A stretch of 54,492 bases of DNA, the filler included, from Squatina squatina (taxonomy: Eukaryota): NCBI GenBank assembly GCA_031763465.1. It is 3 parts of 3 records of this genome, joined end to end, with 100 filler letters (N's around TTAATTAATTAA, not from the genome) between each part and the next. Parts side by side here need not be neighbours in the genome. Positions count along the whole stretch, not along the records: positions 19,897 to 39,122 come from JARFOE010000080.1; 2 more parts are not named here. The stretch is one strand, 5' to 3'. The translations under genes were made by a program, and so were the position numbers. Positions within the stretch are counted from its first letter, which is position 1; each line of letters begins with the position of its first letter. This document shows, piece by piece, positions 24,390-37,699 of this stretch. The notes below the pieces were generated by a model. That model ran no database searches. It saw only the letters and a list, made by a program, of their open reading frames with translations, and was not told where the DNA came from.

Positions 24390-24847
24390 CTGTTGGAGGG
24401 AGAATACACATTTCAATAATAAAACAGTGACTCTGTTGCCACAATAGGGCTGATTCTATGCGCCCAACACAGATTCATGCTTGCAGGGAATGTGAAGCAA
24501 AGACTGGGCCTTTTTTTCATTCCAGACTTATGTTTTTAAACTGCAACAAAAAAAATCACCATTTCCATACTGAACTGCTGTGTTGGAACAGATGTCCATC
24601 AATTGAAGTACGAGGAATAATTTCCCCTGAAGTGCAAAATAACCCAAACCATACAATCAATTTTAATGGGAGGATTATATCAGGTAGCAACAGTGTACAG
24701 CAAACTCACTAAAGTCTATTCCAAGACAAGAGTAGTAGTAGTTATGCAAAACAGACTCACATCAGAGTAGCACCTATGCTTGATCAGGCTGTGGCAATTG
24801 TAATGAGCACTTGTCTCACAGGTCGCATTTGGATAACATGATGGAAT

Positions 24848-25264
24848 ATTTTTTTTATTCATTCACAGGATGTGGGTGTCGCTGGCAAGGCCAGCATTTA
24901 TTGCCCATCCCTAGTTGCCCTTGACAAGGTGGTGATGAGCCACCTTCTTGAACCGCTGCAGTCCTTGTGATGAAGGTACTCCCACAGTGCTGTTAGGGTG
25001 GGAGTTCCAGGATTTTGACCCAGCGATAATAAAGGTTCAGAGATATATTTCCAAGTCAGGACGGTGTGTGACTTGGAGGGGAAACTTGGAGGTGATGGTG
25101 TTCACATACATCTGCTGCCCTTGTCTTTCTAGATGGTAGAGGTCGTGGGTTTGGGAGGTGCTGCCGAAGAAACCTTGGTGAGTTGCTGTAGTGCATCTTG
25201 TAGGTGGTACTCACTGCAGCCACGGTACGCCGGTGATGTAGGGAGGAAATGTGTAAGGTGCTGG
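24848..25264 (-). mobile_element. CR1-group LINE 3' end (probably the same family as 53322-54492)
   Basis: Tail GGGCAACTAGGGATGGGCAATAAATGCTGGCCTTGCCAGCGACACCCACATCC...AATAAAAA; ORF2-like YHLQDALQQLTK. Confidence 0.7.
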
Positions 25265-25766
25265 NNNNNNNNNNNNNNNNNNNNNNNNNNNNNNNNNNNN
25301 NNNNNNNNNNNNNNNNNNNNNNNNNNNNNNNNNNNNNNNNNNNNNNNNNNNNNNNNNNNNNNNNTGCTCAAATAAGAGCATACAAGAGGCAAATGTCACA
25401 AAACTAAGGACTCTAACACGCATAATCTGTGGATGCAGAATTTGCCATTTTGCCTTTGAAATGGGACAATCAAGAGAGGAAGAACTGGAAGGAGGTGAGG
25501 GGAGTGTCAGATCTTACAGTACAGCAAGAACAAGACTTCTGTATTACCTAAAAGGTTTATTGTAAGAGTTGATTGTATCTTACTCGTAGAGTAAATTGTG
25601 TAGTACATGGCATTAAGCTCATGTCATTATATAACAGCATATCAGATTTACCATGATAAACACCATGTGATATACACTACGAAAATTCAAAAAATAATAA
25701 TCCAACCTAAACATCTTGACTCAGTATTCTTTCTTGTATCATGTTAAAGAGGAAGTACCAACTTAC

Positions 25767-25899
25767 TCTAGACTGAATCTTGAATCGTTCAAACAAATGA
25801 AGAGATCGCCTGTATCGTATGGTTGCGGCACCGAGCACCATATTAGCTTTTAACTTTCTTGTTGCTTGGAATAGACCATTGCGGACATAGAGGGAGAAC
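25767..25899 (-). CDS. THEM6: THEM6-like internal exon (133 nt)
   Basis: gtatttcccag|(R)[44 protein letters not shown]|gtaagt; phase 2 to 0, joins in frame to 24389. Confidence 0.88.
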
Positions 25900-26899
25900 C
25901 TGGGAAATACACAAAATATAATTTAAGGAGCATCCTAAAGCCATTCCAGCATTATTCATACATGTACAAAGTTCCAGAGTAGATTTTATCCCAATAATGG
26001 GCAACACTTGGATTGAAATTCAATTTATTTCAAAAGGAACAGTTCAGAAATAATCCTGACATCTCGGTTAAGTAAAACCTGGACTATATCAGAAAGAAAA
26101 GAGCCGATGAAGATATTTGGTGGGCAATTAATCAACTGTCATAAGGCTGAAGAGTTAATTTGTCAAAGGAGTTGTGTTTTATCTCTGGAGACCGTAATTC
26201 AAAATGGGAAAAGGACTCCAAATTTGATTACCGATAGTCTAAACATGACAACTGACAATCAATACTGTTCAACATTCCTTCCAAGTCACCAAAATACAAA
26301 AAATAAATTGTGTGACAAGCACACCGTAAATCACAAATGAGCGGTCAAATCATTTGTGATTGAGTCAATTTTGATTTTATCTGTGAGTAATTTGATCACA
26401 GGCAAGACATTACTCTCTGACTTTGCTGTTTTTCTAGTAGAAACGAGGCAAAAAAAATTAAGCGGGGTCCAGTGCCACAGTTAATGGTCTGAAAGACTGT
26501 AGATATCCTGTAACATGTAATCAGACTGCCCATGTCTAGTCCATGAACATTTTGACTTCTGCCCTGGACCCAAGCTCTTCACTCATCTTTTTGTTGACAA
26601 TCTTCCTCTCCTACTTTGGCCCCCTCTTGTCCAATTGGCTATTTCCTTGCTCCCCACCACCATCCGCCTTCCATATCTCAAATCAACTACCTGATGTCTC
26701 AATCCACTCACTGCTACTTCTCCACTGAATTTCTCTACCCAACCTCCAGGTGTGGCCTCCTGATTTTGACCCACAACTTCCCTCTGCTCTATTCTAAGCA
26801 TCCATTGCTCCACTCAACATAATTCCTGCCACTTAACTCTCCCAAAGCAAGAACTCACAGTCTTATTCCCTTATCTTGGCACAAGCATGTCCATTCCCA

Positions 26900-27554
26900 A
26901 CTCGAGAAATAAACTCCTCCCTGCTCCTCTTCCATCTACTCTGACCATCTCCACCAGTCTTCTATCTGTCCATTCTGCATTACCTGTGAAAATGTCAGCC
27001 CCCTTACAAATAAGGTTTGCATCATCCAAGACTCATCCTCAATGAGTCCACTGACATCTTTGGCCTTACTGAAACCTGACTCACAGATGAAGACCCCCAT
27101 CTCCCTTAATGAGGTTACCTGCTATAAATTCTATCACATCCCCATCTCGAGCCATCATAATAGTGTCAAAGCTCGGTCCAATTTCAATCCATCCTGTTAC
27201 TTCGCTGGCATCTTCTTCACCTTTGAGCACTTCATCCTCTACCACACCTCCTACTTCCCTTTCAAAGTTCTTCTCATCTACAGCCCCCCAAAGTCCTCTG
27301 GTAATTTCTTCCTCTCTTTACCCCCTCCCCCCACATCAAGTGAAACCGTCTTTTATGATTTAAACTTGTACTTTAATTCCCCTCACTCTCCTCTAATTTT
27401 CCACAGTCCTGTCCCCTCTCAACCTGACAATTCATGTGAATTCCTCCAACACGCCCTTTACCATCTCAAGATGCCTTGCCACCTCAGATTTCTATCTATG
27501 CCATCCAAGATCACTTCCTTATTTTCTTTAAAATCCACACTTCTCTGCCTGTTC
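26900..27554 (+). mobile_element. Degenerate L2 LINE endonuclease region
   Basis: C-rich strand with ENVSPLTNK, LNEVTCYKFYHIP and FKVLLIYSPPK (APE-like motifs); multiple frameshifts. Confidence 0.65.
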
Positions 27555-27654
27555 NNNNNNNNNNNNNNNNNNNNNNNNNNNNNNNNNNNNNNNNNNNNNN
27601 NNNNNNNNNNNNNNNNNNNNNNNNNNNNNNNNNNNNNNNNNNNNNNNNNNNNNN

Positions 27655-27758
27655 ACTCCCCTGGAGCGTCAGCCTAGGTTTTGTGCTCAAGACTCTGGTG
27701 TGGGACTTGAATACACAACCTTCTGACTCAGAGGCGAGAGTGCTAGCACTAAGCCACA
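27655..27758 (-). mobile_element. Deu-domain SINE head fragment
   Basis: GGGACTTGAATACACAACCTTCTGACTCAGAGGCGAGAGTGCTA is the reverse complement of the 16876 head. Confidence 0.75.
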
Positions 27759-28294
27759 GCAAGCAGAAATAGTAATAAGAAAGCACAATGTTTGTCATCA
27801 AAATAATTTGGTTCCCATGGGAAATGGTTATTAAGCATTGTCTTGACTTTGTAATGGTTAATATCTGACAGTGCTAACTGACAGTGTCGCTCTTTCAGAA
27901 TACTCTTTCATCAGTCTTATTCTGAGCCTGAATTTTTGTTAGAAACTGTAGGTGTTTTGTGAAGGAGTTTGAATTGTGTTAGAGAGAGCTACACACTTTG
28001 ATAACCTATGTAGGCTTGTGTGAAGAAGTACAACCATTATTTATTTTTAATCCGTCTAAAATGTTACCTGAAAAACGATGTCACATACTAAAGCTGTTTA
28101 CAAATTCCAATGTTTTTTTTATGAGTGCTAGAGAAGAAATCATTTTGCATGAAGTAGCAGAGTGTGGGAGTTTATGTTTGCGTAGGAACACAGCTGACAC
28201 TGGATGAAACATTTCAAGCATATGTAAATCCCTACACACTGACACAGTTCAATGATAATGATTGTGAAATGCCAACAAGAGTTAAGAGACTTGA

Positions 28295-28486
28295 GCATAT
28301 AATCCAGGCTGACACTTTCAATGAGGAAGTGCTGCACTGTTAGAGATGCTGTCTGTCAGATGAGACGTTAAACTGAGGCCCCATCTTCCCTTTCAGGTGG
28401 ACATAAAAGATCCCATAGTACTACTGGATGAAGAGCAGGGGAGGTTTTACCCAGTGTTCTGAGCAATATTTATCCCTCAACCAACA
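28295..28486 (+). mobile_element. Deu-domain SINE fragment
   Basis: GATGAGACGTTAAACTGAGGCCCC...AAAGATCCCATAGTAC...ATTTATCCCTCAACCAAC. Confidence 0.75.
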
Positions 28487-29752
28487 NNNNNNNNNNNNNN
28501 NNNNNNNNNNNNNNNNNNNNNNNNNNNNNNNNNNNNNNNNNNNNNNNNNNNNNNNNNNNNNNNNNNNNNNNNNNNNNNNNNNNNNNAAGACACCCTATTA
28601 CCATCTCTGTCATTCCTCTGCTTCTTTCTCAATCTGTAAATCTCATTGATTAAGGAGATAGACTGTTGGTCCCATCATTCACCAAGGTCCCAGATGCACC
28701 GTTGCCCTCGCCATGCCGATATCAGCTCACACTTCCAGCAATTTGCAGTGTAAAAGAATTTTGAGCCGTAGGGTGAGGGAAGAAGTCCAACTAACTGGAC
28801 ACGCCAGGCGATGCCCCACTCAAGCAAATTCTGGGCCAATAGAAACTCCACTTGGTGGCACTGGACTGGAGGTGGGAATTTGCCCTGGTGATTAGCTTTT
28901 TTTGTGCACATGAATGAAGGCAATACTCACACACAACAGTCCAGAAAACTAATACAACAGAGTGAATTGCTCTGCTCCCTTTGATGATTGTCTGTGCATT
29001 TCATCACAGCTATTAACTATATATTGTTATTTTTTAATTGTCCATTGTCTTTCCAAACAATAAAGTGTATCTAATCCAAAACGTATCTATTGTGTTGGTT
29101 AAATTATGCTATAGTCATTTGATGCCAATGACTTTTATATCATCTTGTTAATGCAGCCACAGACATTACAGTGGGCACTACAGAGGACGTTACAATACTT
29201 TGAGCACCAAGTGATCAGGTAAGTNNNNNNNNNNNNNNNNNNNNNNNNNNNNNNNNNNNNNNNNNNNNNNNNNNNNNNNNNNNNNNNNNNNNNNNNNNNN
29301 NNNNNNNNNNNNNNNNNNNNNNNNTGGCCCTCAGGTTGCCCCTGGGACAAGCAGTCGAATAAGAGAAAGAAGAGCATGTTTGGACACCCAGAGATGTAAG
29401 GCTACACCAATGGAAATTTCATTATCCCTGCTTCAGCTGTACTGAGTGAAATTTAATTGTGTAATTATCTGGGTGACTGAATGTGTAAAACTTTATGATG
29501 TGTCAGTTAAACGAAGCAGTGTGTCGGTGAGCTTCGTGCAAGTTGTTACATGATTTAATGCTCAGAAGGACGTTTTTACGAAGATACCTGTAGAACTTTA
29601 AAGGACAAAATAGCATATGTTATAAGAATTGGTAAATTGTGGCATCGAGATGTTATGCTTTTCTGCAGCTTATGTTTTTCTAATATATTACAATACAAAA
29701 AGTGTATTATTTTGTATTTCTTGTTATTATTTAAGCTGTTTTCCTTTGACAG

Positions 29753-30371
29753 GTTTGAAGTTTGAAGAACTACAAGAAAAATTTGGTGAGGAATTGTTCT
29801 GCATCTGTTTTGAAGAGAATGAAAGGGTCCTGCGGGCAGTGGGCAGTACGTTACAGGACTTCTTTGGTGGGTTTGATGCTTTACTGGAACATGCAAGAAC
29901 ATCCAGTAGCAAACAGGATGGGTTTGAATCCCCTTCTTTCCTATGCAAGGATCTAACCAATGGTACTTTGATGCTTCATTACTTTTATCCACAGAAAATT
30001 GTTGGATTTGCAATGCCTGGATTGATCAAAGCTGCAGCACAGAAGATCTATCAGATGGAAGTTGATGTGGAGCAATTGCTCAATGTCCCTGAAAAGTTGT
30101 CCTCAGATGACACAAACCAGAGTAACTGCCTTACCTTCATTATCAAAGTATATGATGATGCAACTAATATGAAAGGACTTCCACGGGGACTAACCCACAC
30201 TCCATCTGATCTAAGGATAAGCATTACCACTTTCTGCAGAGCTTTCCCATTCCACTTTATGTTTGATCCGAGTATGTTAATCCTTCAGCTTGGAGAAGGG
30301 CTCAGGAAACAACTGAAATCTGAAGCTCATAAGATTCTAAAATTTCAGGACTGCTTTGAGATAGTTTCTCC
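29753..30371 (+). CDS. GUCY1A2: Soluble guanylate cyclase alpha-2, large H-NOX/PAS exon (3' end lost in gap)
   Basis: ttttcctttgacag|(G)LKFEELQEKFGEELFCICFEENERVLRAVG...SPSFLCK...TFCRAFPFHFMFDPSM..LQLGEGLRKQL; lies in tandem downstream of CWF19L2 as recalled for mammals. Confidence 0.95.
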
Positions 30372-32649
30372 NNNNNNNNNNNNNNNNNNNNNNNNNNNNN
30401 NNNNNNNNNNNNNNNNNNNNNNNNNNNNNNNNNNNNNNNNNNNNNNNNNNNNNNNNNNNNNNNNNNNNNNNNNNNNNNNNNNNNNNNNNNNNNNNNNNNN
30501 NNNNNNNNNNNNNNNNNNNNNNNNNNNNNNNNNNNNNNNNNNTGAAGATAAAAACTAGCTGCTTGGTAATTCTAAAATAATCTTTCACCTATGCACAGGC
30601 TGTGGGTTGGGCACTGGTAGTGAGAAAACAATCTTTAATCTTTGGCTCACAAGATCAATCTCTTGGCAACCTTGATTTTCTTATGTCTATTCATTCTGTG
30701 TTTCACAGCTGATTGTCACAGTTGTGTTTTCTGTTCAATTATTTCATTTTTTGGTCAGCCAAGAGCTTATAGAAGAACAGCACCTTTTCTCTCTTAGTTA
30801 CCCTGCTGTGGAGTGTTTGTAACTGAAATTCTTTGCTGTAGAGCCAATGCCTGAGCAGATGGCATCTTTATCAGGTCATATTAGTCACATCTTCAATTTA
30901 TAAACTACACACCATGCGCCATGCGTGTTTTACATTTTTATGTTATGTCTTTCTTTACTCATAAATAAGTAAGCGGATAGTTATTACAATACAGAAGAAA
31001 CCTTTTATTGTGGGTAAACATAAACATTTCTAGGAACAGAAAAATGCCATTAGGCCCTTCCTTTTTATGTGCCTTTCAACATAGTGCTAGTTCAGTGATC
31101 CCAGCTAAAACATTTCCATAATTGTTGTGTGAGGCACAAATTGTAAATTGGCAGATCAGTGAGCTGGCTCCACCAGAGCTGGCTCATGAATATTATCATG
31201 CACTCCTTGCTCAGTTTGAACTCACACGGGAGTGAGCCGCAGGGGCTTCTACAGAATGTCATAAGCTTGCAGTCCTTAAAATTAAAGGAATGTGGTCATT
31301 TAAGGGTAAATGGCAGCATAGGAAAAAAAATGTTGCCATTATTTTCAAAGGCTCAAAAGGATTTTTGAAAAGTTTTCCCTGTATGCAGGGAAGAAATGTC
31401 AACTGAGAACGAAAGGACAGAAAAACCAACATGGAGAAATCTGTAGGCAAGTGATGGAGCAGCATTGCTCTAGCCCCCTGTCGGATGGCTGGCAAAGTAG
31501 ATGTGGTAAAGGTGGATATGAGGAAGGTTGCCTTGTTTGGAACTCCAGGTTACCTGGCCAGAAGGTTGTAGTGCACCATAAATGCCAGGAGGTGGCAGTT
31601 ACACTCAATCTTGTCTACAGTACCTGTGTGACATGGCACCAGTTGCTGGAGAAGATGGTGCACTGTAAGGTAAGACTACCCAACAATACCACATACCTGG
31701 TAAATGGCCCAGGACTGCATACCATAAAGTGTTGCCTGGCAATCTGTTTCACCTTTACTGCTTACCCATGTGAAGCTCTCACATCACAAGATAATTATTG
31801 ACAAGGAAGGTCATTTAGCCCATCTTAATTCATCCATACAGAGATATCTTAACGACTCAAATATAGATATGATTAGCAATGCAAAAAAGGGTTTAATTAC
31901 CCTTTTCATTAACTTCTCAAGCAGTTCTGAGAAAATCAAAAATCTATTAAATATAACACATTCCTTTGATGGGCAAATTCCTCCTAACTTCTTACGGCCG
32001 AAAATTCGGCACCATCCTTTTCGGGGATGGTAACAGCTGCGAGGTGGGAGTTCCTGCGCCAGGCACGGGGGTCCTGCCCTGTGACCTATATTCGGGTTAC
32101 CGCCCATGAGAGCAGGTGGCGTGCAAAATATCGCGCTCCACTTGCGCAGTGCGGCGGGGCCAGGGCGCAAAGCCACCGCGACGTTTTCAGCATTACGTGG
32201 TGGGATGTGTAGTGCCGGCAGGTAGNNNNNNNNNNNNNNNNNNNNNNNNNNNNNNNNNNNNNNNNNNNNNNNNNNNNNNNNNNNNNNNNNNNNNNNNNNN
32301 NNNNNNNNNNNNNNNNNNNNNNNNNTTCGACTCTGTGCTCTTCTGATATCTGGTTCATGCCCATGTTCCAACTAGGCCATTAGACAATGATCAGGAGCAG
32401 ATACCCTGCCCAATTATTTTCTCCCCTTCCTAGGCCAGGTATTGAGGCCAATTACAATGCCCTTAATGCTGCTCTGGTTGAGACCAGCTAATGTAGCACA
32501 GAATATGGGTGCCCATGTGGCTTGGATGATACTGGATGGTAGATATACCCACTGTGCCTTCAAGGGAACTTATGAAATGATATATGTACCCAAATTACTA
32601 ATGATGTTTCTATAAAAGTATATTGCAAAATATTACAATAATTGATTTA

Positions 32650-32950
32650 CAACAACTTGTATTTATATAATGCCTGTAACGTAGTAAAACTTCCCAAGGT
32701 GCTTCACAGGAGAGTTATCAAACAAAATTTGACACCGAACCACATAGGTGATATTAGGAGAGATGACCTAAAGCTTGGTCATAGAGGTAGGCTTTAAAGA
32801 GTGTCTTAAAGGGAGGAGAGAGAGGTAGAAAAGCGAGACGTTTAATGAGGGAATTCCAGAGCTTAGGTCCTAGGCAGCACGGCCACCAACGGTAGCATGA
32901 CTAAAATGGGGCGTGCACAAGAGGCCAGAATTGGAGAAGCATAGAGATAA
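32650..32950 (-). mobile_element. L2 LINE 3' tail
   Basis: ACAACAACTTGTATTTATATA...CCCAAGGTGCTTCACAG...GGAATTCCAGAGCTTAGG; homologous to 34112-34475 and 49085-49330. Confidence 0.75.
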
Positions 32951-33045
32951 GCAAGCTAGTACATTAGTTAGTCTTTTGAGTCACATTCCTAATGGACAAT
33001 TCAGAAAGAGTATCACAATCAGTCTCTCTCAACCTTTCATTCATT

Positions 33046-33210
33046 GGGAGCAGATTTTTGACTTTTTGCATTAGTGTAAAATGGGCGATAGTGAATCAGC
33101 AGTCCATTTTATATCCCTTCTGCTTTTTATTACCATGGAAATAAAAATTGGGAGAGATGTAAAACGGGCTGCCAACTCGCTATTGCTTTTGACAAAGTCA
33201 AATTTACCCC
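33046..33210. mobile_element. Palindromic MITE (Harbinger-like GGG...CCC ends)
   Basis: Halves are complementary: ATTTTTGACTTT / AAAGTCAAATTT and GCGATAGTGAATCAGCAGTCCATTTTATATC / GATGTAAAACGGGCTGCCAACTCGCTATTGC. Confidence 0.65.
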
Positions 33211-34111
33211 GTAATGTTTTTGCTCAGCAACACCTTAAAGCATACTGTTGGGGCCAGATTCTTTAATTGGTGCACGTGTGCTGTGATTTAATAACCCATA
33301 ATACCATTTTTAATGGCATTGCAAGCTGAAAGTAACCATTGTAACAAAACACACAATGCAAATCCCAAACATTATAGTAGAGCATCTCAGTGCCAATACC
33401 AAACTGGAGAACTCTTGGACACCTGTTTAATAAATACTGTGTTACAAGATCTAGTCTGCCTAATACATACAAACATATACATAGTTAGTGATGTTATTCA
33501 TGACTATGACAGGGGATTCACTAAAACTGTCATTTTACATTTACAATGATGGGAGAGTTTAGGGCAGTTAACATACTTGAAATACCATCTATGCTGGCTA
33601 GACTCTAATAGTTAGTGAATAATGGGTGTTAGTCTANNNNNNNNNNCAGCTCTATAAACATGCATGATGTGTGTGGGCTGCAAAACTATACACTTAAGAG
33701 AGCAACGTTCTACAATAAACATGGTGCATTGACATTGAGGTTATAAAAATCACTACACTTCAATGGCCAAACAGTTCACAGGTACCCAGTTTGGTGGAAT
33801 AGTCTGTTTTATTATAAGGAAACGTTTCTAACATTTAAACCTAAGCCCCAGTTAAACTTCAAGTTTTCAGATATTTTTAGAGAAAATTCCCAAGTATAAA
33901 TAATACAGTTCCCCCATCTGGGTAAAAGCCTCCATCTTCAGATTTTAAGTACATTGTAAATCAGGAAATTTAGGAAGTCCAATGATGCAGCTGTTCAGTG
34001 TGTAAATTACTTCTCTGTAATTGTCCATAGGTTAGGGGATTCGACTGTAATTTGTATATATAACATGTTGCATCTAAGCTGAGCTGCTAAGTAGGTCATC
34101 AAGGCTTTGAG

Positions 34112-34475
34112 ACAACAACAGCTTGTATTTATATAGCACATTTAACGTAGTAAAATGTCCCAAGGTGCTTCACAGAAGTGTTATCAAACAAAATTTGACA
34201 CCAAACTGCATTAGGGGATATTAGAGCAGATGAAAGAAGTAGGTTTTAAGGAACGTCTTAAAGGAGGATAGAGAGGCAGAGAGGCGAGGGGGATTAGGGA
34301 GGTAATTCCAGAGCTTGGTCCTCAGCAGCTGCAGGCACATACTCTCCAATGGTGCAACGATTAAAATTGGGGATGCTCAAGAGGCCAGAATTGGAGGAGT
34401 GCAGAGTGTTGTTGGGCTAGAGGAGTTTACAGAGATAGGGAGGACTGAAGGAATGGAGGGATTTGAAAACAAGGA
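34112..34475 (-). mobile_element. L2 LINE 3' tail
   Basis: Same family as 32650-32950. Confidence 0.75.
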
Positions 34476-35149
34476 TGAGTTCATTTTTAATTTGGATCAT
34501 TTGGTTTTGTTCACTTAAAAATAAAGTATCCTTCTCTGTACGAAGGTCTATGATCCCCTTGTCAAAGGAACTGATGGGATGGTGCAGCACTCTGCCATGA
34601 ATGAACATTATATAAGGGCAGCCCAGTGGTGAGTATACATCCATTTTCCTTGATAGGAATTGTTTATACCTGCTGCACCTTATCCCTTGGCAGAATTGAT
34701 GAGTATAAGGGGCGAATGCATCTGATCCTTGCACTGCTGTGTAATGGGGTGGGCAGTGCATCCACATACCTTCTTTTGTTGGACCTTCATGAACTCCTCT
34801 TCCTCACCTCAGTGATGTAGCATGTTTAAAATTCACAAAGGAGTACCCAGCATCACCTCTTTGTATGGTGTGATTTAAATGCCAACAGCAACCGAGAATA
34901 ATGAAGTAACACTTTAACAGGCAAAAAACAAATGGAGGACTATCCAGCAAAATCAACTAAGACATAGAGCAAAATGCAGCAAAATGGATTTGAAAACACC
35001 GTACTCCCATGGGAAGAGTCATCCCTGATATAGATGTTGTCTGTTGATCATTGTGAAGCAGCTGATCTTGTGGAGTGCAACGAGGAAATTTACATCACAA
35101 GCAACATCATGGCACTGTGGTGTAAGGAAGGAAGAAGTGACAGTGTTGA

Positions 35150-36020
35150 CAAAAGGCAAACTATAGTTATGGGCTTCTACCTTTAGAAGGATAGATGGCC
35201 CTTCTGTAACAGCTACAAATCGGAGTCCTTTTGCCTTTCAGTTATCAGGGTAAAGTACAAAATAGAAGGGAGGGGAATATGTAGTGGCACATAATGGGGA
35301 AAAAGTGCAGAAGAAGGAAGTATACCTTAAATGTTAAGATTCTAAAGAAGTGGAGAAACAAAAAGATCTAGAGATACATATGAACAAATCTTTAATCATG
35401 AGAGGACAAGTAGAAAATGCCATAAAATGGGATTATACATACAAGCATTGAACATAAAAGAAAAAATGTAATGTTGAGTTTGTATAAGCATTGGTTAAGC
35501 CACAGATGGAGTATTACATGCAATCTGGACATCTCATTATAGGAAGCATTGAAAAGGTACAGCAAAGTTTCACTAAAATTATACCAGGTATGAGAGGTTA
35601 CAGTAATGAAGAAAGGCTTGAAAATTGGGGCTTTTTCAATGGAACAGAGAAGTTTAAGGAGGATTGAATAGAGATTTTCAAAGTTATGGAAGGTTTTGAG
35701 GAGATAAATAGTAAAAGATTGTTCCATTGGTTGGTGATATGCAGCAAGAGGGGAATATACTCTGGATTATCTCGAGAAGAATGGAGAGAGAAGATAGAAG
35801 ATTTTTTTTTCTGCACACAGGGTTATTAGAATATGGAATGCTTTGCCACAAGTGGCTATTGAGAAAAATACTATAACATCATTACAAAGTGAATTGGATA
35901 AACCTTTGAAATGGAACAGAAAAAGATAAAAGGAGATAGAATGATTAATTAGATAGCAGCACTAACATAGGCATGATGGGCTGAATGGCCTCCTGCTGTG
36001 CTGTTATTTCTATGATTCTA
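35150..36020 (+). mobile_element. Old internally deleted CR1 (ORF1 remnant joined to ORF2 3' end and tail)
   Basis: Degenerate ORF1 GDS region at about 35160-35290; ORF2 end TTCTGCACACAGGGTTATTAGAATATGGAATGCTTTGCC; tail GGGCTGAATGGCCTCCTGCTGTGCTG...TTCTATGATTCTA. Confidence 0.7.
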
Positions 36021-36599
36021 AGCACCAACATTTCGTCCAGACCATCCAATATGCTCTAAAAATTGAAATGCTACAAAACTCACTCTAATTATATGCTGAA
36101 TGCTTTTGAATTGCCTTCCACTCTGAGCAAACTATGAATTGCTAATCACCTCTTGTGCACAACTATAACAGTGGTTTTGACCCCTTGCTTCTGGGATAAA
36201 GCATCTCTCCACTAACACCTGTGTGTTCTTGTCTAACTCATCCTGTTTCATCATTATACTCTGTTCATAATAGGCATCTTCTGGTAAGAGCTTTTAATTA
36301 CACAGAGAACAGGTTATGGATCAATATCTGCATTTTTAAATTCAAAGTTAAAGTCCTTCAGAGTTGATAAATTAAGCAGATATTCACACCCTGATCACCC
36401 CCTTGTGCAGTTAACACTATCATTACCACACAGAACTCTATATTCATTGCTGTTGAGCTATTGAATTTCCTCAATAGAGATTTCATACCATTCCAATGAC
36501 CAACTACACCTAATCTTGCAAGAATGTCAGATTTGCAGGATTGTGCAATAGCCGCGAGGAACTCCAGCCGCCCAGCTCTATTCAGGTAGCACAGTGGAG

Positions 36600-36861
36600 T
36601 GTAGGGATGACATCTGGGAGACAAGCTGTGCTCCTCGCTTCGAATGGCAAACTCTCCAGTAGAACATTGTTACAATGAGGTCTATGCACTGCCAGAGTGG
36701 TCACTGAGAGGACTAGGAATTCTGAAGGCAAGATTTTGTTGTCTCGATAGATCAGGAGGGGCACTGCTATATGCTGTTGAGTGGGTGTCTTGCAGCATGG
36801 CTGTTTGCTGTACCCTCCACAGCTTTTTGAGACAGGACTGGCCATGGATTGGAGAAGATGG
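36600..36861 (+). mobile_element. PIF/Harbinger transposase relic (C-terminal DDE region)
   Basis: LGDK...YNEV...GILKARFCCLDRSGGALLY...AVCCTLHSF. Confidence 0.85.
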
Positions 36862-37606
36862 NNNNNNNNNNNNNNNNNNNNNNNNNNNNNNNNNNNNNNN
36901 NNNNNNNNNNNNNNNNNNNNNNNNNNNNNNNNNNNNNNNNNNNNNNNNNNNNNNNNNNNNNTTCATTTTTCCCAATCAGCCATGGCAAAGGCCAATAATG
37001 AGGCTCTCCAAATGTTTTCAGTATATTTGTCCCCCTATTGTGACAATCTACTTTTGTGTCATCCATCCCTTTACATTTAATCTACATGCAGATTTTCTCT
37101 TCTAGCACTGGTCTGCTTCTTAGCTTGTTTAAACTTACACCTGAACTTATATTAATGAGCAGATCTATAAGAATTAGGTGCAAACTATTTCCATTTGCCT
37201 AAAATCCACAAATAGCCATTCTGGCAGCAGTAATGACAAATGAGGAAAATTTGGCTTTGACCTCCAATCAAAGATTCAGAGACAGCAGTCGCGGAGTAGT
37301 TTATCTCACTAGTCTTCACTTATTATTCTCTCTTCTATTTTTCCCCTTCTGGGTCACTTAAACTTCTGGACTGGGTAAGAAAGGGGAAAAAGTGACCTGA
37401 CAGTGCCTGTTTTCTTCTGCTTGAACCCTACTTCTTACTATCTGTTGGATATGGACCGTCATTGCTACTCTTTGTAGAAAAGTCTGAGGCCAAATCATCC
37501 TGCTTCTTCAGGGTGTGAGTGGCCCAGAAGGTGAAATATGGTAGAGAAAAATAATAAATGAAAGCTGGAAAAACTCAAATCAATGTGGGTTGGAGTGCCA
37601 GTAAAG

Positions 37607-37699
37607 GCACCATAGTTATTGGGTATGTATCATATTTCTATGGTAAAGCTTATGAATCTGCGACCATAGAATGGTGATACATACCCAAAATTGTGATGC
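37607..37699. other. Isolated hairpin, about 37-bp stem and 18-nt loop, in a GUCY1A2 intron
   Basis: TGGGTATGTATCATATTTCTATGGT pairs with ACCATAGAATGGTGATACATACCCA; the stem extends outward with G-U pairs. Confidence 0.6.

Noticed and set aside
27042-27677. 211-aa plus-strand ORF as a host gene
   Set aside because: Degenerate L2 endonuclease sequence running into an N gap.
30543-30558. EDKN* as a premature stop in GUCY1A2
   Set aside because: It lies after a 171-N gap that is longer than the roughly 100 nt of exon expected to remain, so it is probably intron.
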